A DNA stretch of 64,000 nt, taken from positions 1-64,000 of IMG/VR virus record IMGVR_UViG_3300025724_000001, one strand, 5' to 3'. Made by a program: the position numbers and the translations under genes. This document shows positions 59,601 through 64,000 of the stretch, one piece after another (the first letter of the stretch is position 1; the number at the start of each line of letters is the position of its first letter). This DNA comes from a virus (taxonomy: Duplodnaviria > Caudoviricetes). The notes below the pieces were generated by a model, which saw nothing but the letters and a program-made list of their open reading frames with translations, did no database searches and was not told the origin of the DNA.

Positions 59601-60964
59601 ATTATGGTATATCAAATTATAACTATTATGCGAGACCTATAAATCAAGGGTCGAATGATGTTATAATTAGAACAGGACAAAACAGTAATTGGGTTAATCG
59701 TACATTATCTGAATGGCGTTCGTATTCAAATCAGGATGCCAATTCAAACAATTCACTTGCAGGATCGGTGTCAAATTTGGATGATATTCATTTTATTTAT
59801 AATGAAACGGACGAAAATAAATATTATTCATTGTCAGCACCGATGAAAGATGTTGCAAATACAACATATTCGGGTATTATCACACTATCTCCATGGTCGG
59901 GATTAGTTCTTCTCGGGCCAGGAACCGTAACACTGGAGACATCACCAACAATTAGTAGCACACCAACTCCAACTAGAACAACTAGTGTGTCTATTACTAG
60001 AACACCGACAAGAACACCTAGTTTATCGTTTAGTAGGACACCAACTAGAACACCAAGTGTTTCAATAAGTAGGACACCATCAGTTTCATTATCAACACCA
60101 ACATCAAATTCGATTATTGCAGATCATAATATAGCAAAACTTTCTAATTTATTAGCAATTCCAAGTAGCGCGATAACCAATGCGAAGTCAAATCTTCACA
60201 TAGCATATGAACACACATCGCACGGTGAACAATTGGTTCAGGGTATGACCGGACTGGTTAATTGGAGAGGTTCGACATATTCATTTAATAATGGTGGGTC
60301 TGGTGGTGCGTTAGATTTAAGAGATCACGCAATTGCCCAAATGTTTAGTTGTTGGGGAATGGACCTTGGTAATACAAGATGTCCAAATAACGAACAATAT
60401 CATTTGTGGGCGGAAAACACTCGTACATATTTAGAGACTAATCCTGGTGTTAACGTTGTTATATGGTCTTGGTGTGGGCAAGTAAGTTATGCAACACAAG
60501 CTAATATTAACACTTATTTGACATTAATGAATCAATTGGAGATTGATTATCCATCAATTAAGTTTGTATATATGACAGGTCATGTTGATGGACAACCATT
60601 ATCAGGTACATTATTTACTAATAATACAATTATAAGAAATTATTGTATTAATAATAATAAAATATTATTTGATTTTGCAGATATTGAAAGTTATGATCCT
60701 GATGGTAATTATTATGCAGATAAGCGAGTAACAGATTGTTGTAATTATGATTATAATGGAGATGGTATTGTTAGTACTGATGGTGGTGATCCTGGATTAC
60801 CAACAAATGGAGATAGAAACTGGGCGTTAGACTGGCAAAACACACATCAGGTGAATGTTGATTGGTATAATTGTAACTCATCACATTCATATCCACTTAA
60901 TGCGAATATGAAAGCATATGCGGCATGGTGGTTATGGGCTAGATTGGGTGGTTGGAGTGGATAA
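50675..60964 (+). CDS. Giant modular tail fibre/adhesin-depolymerase (3429 aa)
   Basis: ~590-aa anchor, then beta-helix, beta-helix with CBM-like insert, LamG, beta-helix and SGNH-like domains, separated by five TPS/TPT linkers. Confidence 0.75.
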   Translation: MKKKKIILPKLRYENAPETDSQISIGFESDKSLLRGDDRDVVLNLSEQFTEERANCKRYKLYGKMRMVFRNLYAGATSYDYLRERLSLVSDGSDNNFCGYLPYNEFAFLRDDIYYETTESLSVTSLSGFTGFTMVTSGPTEHQTITSVTAPYHNWNLYTSYISGQVDNFPMKYTLSGRTKIEGENVITFTSGDGIPFRVEETEIHYVLTSPVRHGISRGEYILIDGRYYYVNSVGDNIFDSEHYVINILKSQLSGVTFNPLVIGKRCIDIKDTENSTSKYYVHKHTILTSLGDCIIDKVGFESPIWEDEKKVLYENSVGDNDVLVVRNRMEAVLFDSLEPFILTGITNNLGHTPIELYTTIIFRNGNGYFEYPPKVGYSFHMHDSWIDEHFDGSNSIETGLTSTSFTREGFVYPFFSGNSLSKGSELYGAFVEYNPKELKERIISESYHKIVSNKNIFNHGQDLDEVFSGASETNQIGLLYQPHHRFKLKELSPYIEIADDSTPIYNLPENAKYFPNEKLWRWRDVYEDGYIDPDGYGVDHPYLNNIHFVHKDINFYIRNEKIYKNKKDGVINFYRRKDVDECVDDSVIIKRGDAEIPEPSISVSPSVSLSVMPSITPTPTLSVSISITPSISMSSSQGTSSTPSPSLSLTRTPSVTRTPTITRTPTISLSAIPSQTPSVTPTQIYLQIYYIDPSGVDDASRSGGVGEEWATLSYATSRVTTPGSLIYVNAGTYYETSQSNLSAGVSIDGAGRTSCILSATTSLSYFVYAASSAGTNGNQSISNVTFDCNLLVDRGVRFAGRSNVTVHDCGIDNAIYYGLIFSDTTSRSVHVEPTYWATNNNIYNNYLVNCGGDRWNTNDSYWEAYGAIDISGQDGMLIYNNNIDNQTGGRYAYGIKGLSFGGYHKGLKIYNNKIRTNIRDNVGEQSFGFNLELWTGVGGIEIYDNDLNGAIDMGGYGYWDDYSYGFAMKVHHNTIIQDNWPTNQPETGIILECGARDGCYFYSNWVEKFSTGFSLGTTAASLIQGFNGVWVYYNVFCNLGYTSGGAGAGFYGYNLSTGVTIQNFNILNNVIHKVNNSGGLGIAYEYSTPNTWVNTNIKNNIIYNAYSPIQFRNQIVNSVYIHNNLTYGATRTIDNSTSWGNSTIITREILNNQEGVDPLFTLVGTDFTLTSNSPCINTGVDVGLIEDFTGQPVSSPPEIGAYEYVVVVSQTPTITPSISISKTPTRTPSLSVSRTPTISLSNTPSITISRTPTITPTITPTTTPSITISVTPSSTILTARYVSSSGDDSNDGLTESTPWRTITKVNNEFSSLSPGTGILFKRGDVFYGTLTIGRSGTLGNPITIGSYGTGFKPIIEGFTTLNSWTRVGTSSIFYASASFNINPNVGPLVTIDGMIIEKGKYPNMGYNTISTVVTSPAPPIGSPVTITDSSLSSTPNWTGAEIVIRYDRWTLIRSIITDHSGTSLTFNTPYANLPYTGWGYFIQNHIDTLNELGDWYYDSVNQRIYMHFGSGTPGEHIIRATTLDHTVYNNGYLRRFIIIDGIHFRGTAGDNIHIWNNVSNIDIKKCRIEYSGGNAIYQHGGSGSMIDNNDILFSSHNAVHILFPNTTTIINNRIYYTGHYLGYTTTGDTACFVGIKCGSSSNGNNLIENNKIYNTGYLPINFGGAGSIVRRNYIHTYCYNKDDGAGIYIFNDRSGGKLVEENIVLNAVGAGAGTNNPNSSSANGLYTDGGTANVTFIRNIVGNVTRQGYHGNLPVNVTLTGNTFFQCRELMGLWKFGNAGFWDGTGTFITGLNIQHNKFISTDLNRNLAKGIFYENSTTELNGADIYDEIERLGVWNNNYYYTNEECFVYIAHNLYQTNAPYNLERWKSDFGQDLNSSVVVSENQYTLNSIGPNLITNGTFTSGITGWTASSSDLTLDWYSPGIGDGGALSLTSTQNNFYYWWWNNINAAVAHIIGGVVNNSKHYLLRFLGRSTINNKTLSFRLRNTGTGFEKQRFFTVYNTNTQKDVLLSNPDEVTTGATLRIVACDDPVTTYLDNIGLYEANITIIDPYDYLHFIYNETETVKYYQLSASMEDVDGTIYSGTISLLPWTGLVLIGFGTVTDAPPPETPTPSVSISLSRTPTISVTPSISRTPSVSFSLTPTISVTPSISITPSNTPPYPSSGVLGYWRMDENSGNLEDVLGRCPAIPYSDYPIIYNVDGKINTAINFSGTTCGARISETNAQTYLNPNGDEYSIQAWVKLNELPSVSGRTCTILRSSLATAPWENIVVRADSYDRFSMRFTGPSDNNYAYTTDNLIQANTWYHLVFVISGIGKRPVIYVNNTPYSGTTTQGGNIWNVTGTTAGYNIGGAYNGVPLSFNGVIDELCVWGRAVTPEEVSALYNNGNGLPFDGQILPSVTPTISISRTPSITPSISFSRTPTRTPSLSISRTPSRTPSITPSSSVLTARYVSSSGSDTNNGLTESTPWRTLDKVNAEFSNLNPGTEILLKKGDSFYGTLVITKSGTSGSNSPFVFGTYGDGNDPIIHGFTTITDGWTHVGNNVYSHDIIADEQTNMVLVNGVQVPMGRWPNGTTYRTYESFNGASSITDNTLSEETPYNWVGAEVVIRMTYWILGRFTITGHTGNTISYSGNTIDYLYNNFGYFIQNDIRTLDVENEWYHDHAAGKFYIYGNPAGKTIQIATKTNIIQNHGGYDYITLENLSLQGSIGDIISFDGGNWYNAANTIIRNCILKFGGSRGIDIYGSNGFIVDNIIEQCNDNAIHIVSGSNTIVTGNTITNIGLLLGQSKRLSANGIYNGGTNSLIDHNIINNIGLNGITAGSGTSGIVKHNFINNYCLTLTDGGGIYHGPSNRSMPSDYTIENNICLNGYGNYNGTTSSSTYLAEGIYLDSYCTGHTVQYNICAHNAGNGIKLSSSHDNILQYNLCFDNKEAQLFSSGFWSEYATLYNNTIRYNQFIGKEINHYTLKVYLTIADNISNYGISNYNYYARPINQGSNDVIIRTGQNSNWVNRTLSEWRSYSNQDANSNNSLAGSVSNLDDIHFIYNETDENKYYSLSAPMKDVANTTYSGIITLSPWSGLVLLGPGTVTLETSPTISSTPTPTRTTSVSITRTPTRTPSLSFSRTPTRTPSVSISRTPSVSLSTPTSNSIIADHNIAKLSNLLAIPSSAITNAKSNLHIAYEHTSHGEQLVQGMTGLVNWRGSTYSFNNGGSGGALDLRDHAIAQMFSCWGMDLGNTRCPNNEQYHLWAENTRTYLETNPGVNVVIWSWCGQVSYATQANINTYLTLMNQLEIDYPSIKFVYMTGHVDGQPLSGTLFTNNTIIRNYCINNNKILFDFADIESYDPDGNYYADKRVTDCCNYDYNGDGIVSTDGGDPGLPTNGDRNWALDWQNTHQVNVDWYNCNSSHSYPLNANMKAYAAWWLWARLGGWSG

Positions 60965-60977
60965 TTAAATTAATTAA

Positions 60978-61793
60978 ATGGATATATTAAAAAGTAAATC
61001 GAATAGAAATATCCTTATTAGTGAGGAAACGAGGTTTGGGATTGACCTTGGATGGGAAGAGAATTTTCAAGAATTTGAACGTGAAACATTAAAATCTATT
61101 ATAAACCCAATAGATAATTTTGAAACTGTTCGTTATATTCATAATGAATATATTGGTATAAGTGGAATATCTCAAAATGATATTTGGTATCATTTTTATT
61201 TTTTTAATAGTGATAATCCACCAACATATTTTGGTGGTTTAAATTATGAGTATGTCGGGTTATCTCCTGAACAAAACTCAATAATAACAAAGTCGGAAAA
61301 CACTAGTTTTTTTAGCCTTGAATTTTATAAAGCACCGAGTGGTGAAATTATTGATAGTAATAATAGGAAATTAGTTTTCACAAAACACCTACCAATTCCA
61401 TTAGGTGAAAAAGTGTTTTATACACCAATAGGTCGGGAGATTTATTTACCAATTTTTACTGGAAACAATTATAGAAATAAAGAAAATATGTTTTTATTCT
61501 GGTTTCAAGATGATACAGTTTTGAAGGGTTCGATTTATAAAGGTGATACTTTTTACGTAACAGCAAAATATTATAATGCTATAGATGGTACGATATTAAG
61601 TTTTTTGAATTCACCTAAATCATATTATGATATTGTAAATGAATCTACAGACATTTATCATAGAATGGTGGTAGATAAAAATGATTATTCGTATATTGTT
61701 TATTCTGGAAATACTAGTGAAGAAAGAATAGGTTTAGACAATCAACCAGTATCATTTTATGCCTACGGATATTACACAAAATCTTTAATATAA
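60978..61793 (+). CDS. Hypothetical structural protein (271 aa)
   Basis: Tightly packed in the late operon; aromatic- and beta-rich. Confidence 0.55.
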   Translation: MDILKSKSNRNILISEETRFGIDLGWEENFQEFERETLKSIINPIDNFETVRYIHNEYIGISGISQNDIWYHFYFFNSDNPPTYFGGLNYEYVGLSPEQNSIITKSENTSFFSLEFYKAPSGEIIDSNNRKLVFTKHLPIPLGEKVFYTPIGREIYLPIFTGNNYRNKENMFLFWFQDDTVLKGSIYKGDTFYVTAKYYNAIDGTILSFLNSPKSYYDIVNESTDIYHRMVVDKNDYSYIVYSGNTSEERIGLDNQPVSFYAYGYYTKSLI

Positions 61794-61795
61794 AA

Positions 61796-62905
61796 ATGAA
61801 AAAAGAAGTATATCAAATATTAAGAAAGACAATACCCGAAGTTGAATTGGTATCACTGGATAGTCAAAATTGGTATGATTCAAATCACAATTTAATTCCG
61901 TGGTCTGGTGGTACAAATTTGGCACCTCAAAATGGTGATGTCATTTATAATATAAAGGGTACTGTACAGATTGGTTGGTATATGTGGTCTGGAAATACAT
62001 GGATAACAATTAATAAATCACAAGCATATGATAGTTATCAAATACCAATATTTTTAGTAGATACAATTGATGAAATGGGTATTATGGTTGGTTTTGATGG
62101 GGAAATTGAACAGGTTGAACAGTTTTCTAATTTTACATATACCATAAATAATCAAACAATTACCATTTACAATACGGTTAACACAAATAAATTAAATACA
62201 CTAGTTGATTCCATATATACGATTTCATGGGGAGATGGTGAACCTGATAGTAATTTATTATCACCAACAATTTATGATACAGTATTACCAAATGTTACAC
62301 ACACATATGATGTTCCTGGTAATTATGTTATTGAAATTACCATTGACTCACCATGGAAAATAGAGAAATTAAAACGAACAATTGAGGTACCATTTAACGG
62401 AGCAATAATGCCTACAGATCTAGGTACATTACAATTCGAAATACCCTATTCTAATCCATTAATCATTGAAACTCAAGATTATTTACAGGATTACACTACG
62501 TTAACTGGTAACACAAATGATACAATAATATCTTTTATTGCAATAGGAAAAAGTCGAATTGATGAATTTAAATTATATGGTTTATCTGCTTATAGTGGTA
62601 TAACAATTACTTCTGAATATACGGGTTATACCATTGATGGGTTATATTATATGGATTATTCTGATGGGTACACATATATAACGGGAAACACATCGGATTA
62701 TAATCATGAAGAGGTATACAATGGAATGATAACTAGAAATGAACATTTAATTGGTTTTCTTGATCAGCCAGCGATATATTCTGATATTTTTGTGGAAAGG
62801 GGTAAACTTGGTGTTATGGAGCGGAATCTTAGACTAGGTGAAATTGATAACGTTGGTGAATTAGAAATATATGGGGGTGGGTTTTTTAAAGTGAAAAATC
62901 AATAA
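61796..62905 (+). CDS. Structural protein with a PKD-like domain (369 aa)
   Basis: YTISWGDG...VTHTYDVPGNYVIEIT PKD signature. Confidence 0.65.
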   Translation: MKKEVYQILRKTIPEVELVSLDSQNWYDSNHNLIPWSGGTNLAPQNGDVIYNIKGTVQIGWYMWSGNTWITINKSQAYDSYQIPIFLVDTIDEMGIMVGFDGEIEQVEQFSNFTYTINNQTITIYNTVNTNKLNTLVDSIYTISWGDGEPDSNLLSPTIYDTVLPNVTHTYDVPGNYVIEITIDSPWKIEKLKRTIEVPFNGAIMPTDLGTLQFEIPYSNPLIIETQDYLQDYTTLTGNTNDTIISFIAIGKSRIDEFKLYGLSAYSGITITSEYTGYTIDGLYYMDYSDGYTYITGNTSDYNHEEVYNGMITRNEHLIGFLDQPAIYSDIFVERGKLGVMERNLRLGEIDNVGELEIYGGGFFKVKNQ

Positions 62906-62936
62906 TTTCATATTTATATAAATAAAAGAGATAGAA

Positions 62937-63869
62937 ATGGCAATTGGATCTTATGGGACAATAAGGGCGGCTGACGTATCGCCAGAAGATGTAGAAATTT
63001 TATATCATTTTACACCCGATAGAAAAACTAGTTCACCTGTTACATTAAGAACATTGAACGCAACGTCAATTTTAACACCTGTTTTTCATAATGCAGAAAC
63101 GGCATTATCATCTGAATCTGATCGGCCACCTGTTGCAGATGTGGAAATTCTAGGTGGTATGTATAATTTAAAATTAGAGTCCGAAGATTTTTCTGATTTG
63201 GGATACTATACATTACATTTAAGACCAAAACAAATCAGAACTATTATTAGCGATTGTGGTGTGTTGGCATCATTACCATCGGTTAGGGGTCTTATAATTG
63301 ATATGTCTAATGTTGTTACGTCAGATAGAAATAAATTTTCACCACAAAATCTTGTTGGTTATCGTATAGAATATATTAATCCAACAGATAATAAAAAAAT
63401 TCCTAATTTTTATCGAATGATAACATCGAATTTTTATTGTGAACCAATTACAACTAATTTGGTAAATACAAGTCAAAAAGCTATTCGGTATAGGTATTCT
63501 GATAATGCAACGAATCTGATGTTTTTAACAATAACACCAAGCGCAGCTCCATCGACAAGACCGACAACAGTACCGTATATTGGCCAACCAAATCAAACGA
63601 TTATTATATCTAATACATATTTTAATCCGACAACGATTGAAATTGAGATGGTTGAACATGATATTTCAACGTTGGCGTATGCTCTTTATGGTAATCAGAG
63701 CAAGGCCATGTCAAGTGGTATTTACACCATTTATGATAAGGATAATAATATTTATAAACAATTTAATTTATACGAAATTAAAGACGAATTTAATGAAACA
63801 TTATATGAAATTAGAGAAAAAAGAGATGATATTGATGAATCATTAAATTTTGATACAATTACAGAATAA
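62937..63869 (+). CDS. Hypothetical structural protein (310 aa)
   Basis: TATTTATA upstream (62911-18); late-operon context. Confidence 0.6.
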   Translation: MAIGSYGTIRAADVSPEDVEILYHFTPDRKTSSPVTLRTLNATSILTPVFHNAETALSSESDRPPVADVEILGGMYNLKLESEDFSDLGYYTLHLRPKQIRTIISDCGVLASLPSVRGLIIDMSNVVTSDRNKFSPQNLVGYRIEYINPTDNKKIPNFYRMITSNFYCEPITTNLVNTSQKAIRYRYSDNATNLMFLTITPSAAPSTRPTTVPYIGQPNQTIIISNTYFNPTTIEIEMVEHDISTLAYALYGNQSKAMSSGIYTIYDKDNNIYKQFNLYEIKDEFNETLYEIREKRDDIDESLNFDTITE

Positions 63870-64000
63870 TGGCACGTTACAAAGTACCTAGTCAAGCCGC
63901 AAGCGGCGCGGATTCATTTAGTGACGATTTAGTTGGTCGTCAAATTACCGAAGGTTCAAGCCTAATGACAGGTACTAATTTTATTATTGAAAAAACTATA
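63869..64000 (+). CDS. 5' end of the next structural gene (truncated by the window)
   Basis: TAATG overlap with the previous stop. MARYKVPSQAASGADSFSDDLVGRQITEG... is open to the window edge. Confidence 0.65.
   Translation, partial: MARYKVPSQAASGADSFSDDLVGRQITEGSSLMTGTNFIIEKTI

Noticed and set aside
50675-60964. Diversity-generating retroelement or invertase shufflon acting on the fibre gene
   Set aside because: No reverse transcriptase or recombinase is in the window. I saw no near-identical repeat pair differing only at adenines, and no inverted cassettes.
195-63846. The many 60-140 aa ORFs nested in or antisense to long genes (e.g. 4977, 14421, 20594, 46219, 57730)
   Set aside because: They are shadow frames of real genes, with no motifs or expression signals.
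1-64000. Stop-codon reassignment as seen in some large phages
   Set aside because: Genes are long and intact in the standard code. TAA, TAG (19604, 32625) and TGA (36683, 37126) all end genes at sensible places.
1-64000. tRNA, rRNA or self-splicing introns
   Set aside because: Intergenic gaps are short and AT-rich with no cloverleaf seen by eye, and nrdJ and the other core genes are uninterrupted. A tRNAscan/Infernal run would be needed to exclude them formally.

Overview
This AT-rich 64-kb window is part of a large T4-like myovirus genome, plausibly a jumbo phage, in the standard genetic code. Head-tail and tail genes include gp13/gp14/gp15-like neck and terminator proteins, tail sheath, tail tube, a gp26-like chaperone, a tape-measure candidate, two large hub proteins, and gp53-, gp25- and gp6-like wedge proteins. 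Fibre/adhesin genes include a 3429-aa modular protein. Replication genes are PolB with an intein, an SNF2/HARP-like helicase with an intein, gp32-like SSB, UvsX/RecA, a 5'-3' exonuclease, a gp41/DnaB-like helicase and a class II ribonucleotide reductase. Promoters of the form TTTG-N19/20-TAnnTTTG, plus A/T-rich leaders without Shine-Dalgarno motifs, point to a Bacteroidota host (inference). The main signals beyond the ORF track are: (1) a non-coding 14-bp tandem-repeat locus between sheath and tube, with its own leftward promoter and a terminator (candidate transcription-primed origin or repeat ncRNA); (2) a start-less gp51-like ORF behind the tail chaperone, reachable by a +1 frameshift at UUU_UUU_CGC; (3) a Gly1 class-3-type intein carrying F-C-T instead of W-C-T; (4) a promoter-overlapping hairpin that buries the start codon of a free-standing endonuclease; (5) a TATTTAT(A) late-gene motif, the reverse complement of the T4 late promoter; (6) kinase-like and HExxH peptidase genes inside virion operons; (7) Ser/Thr/Pro linker-delimited adhesin modules shared by three genes. 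All functional calls come from motif recognition by eye, with no database searches.
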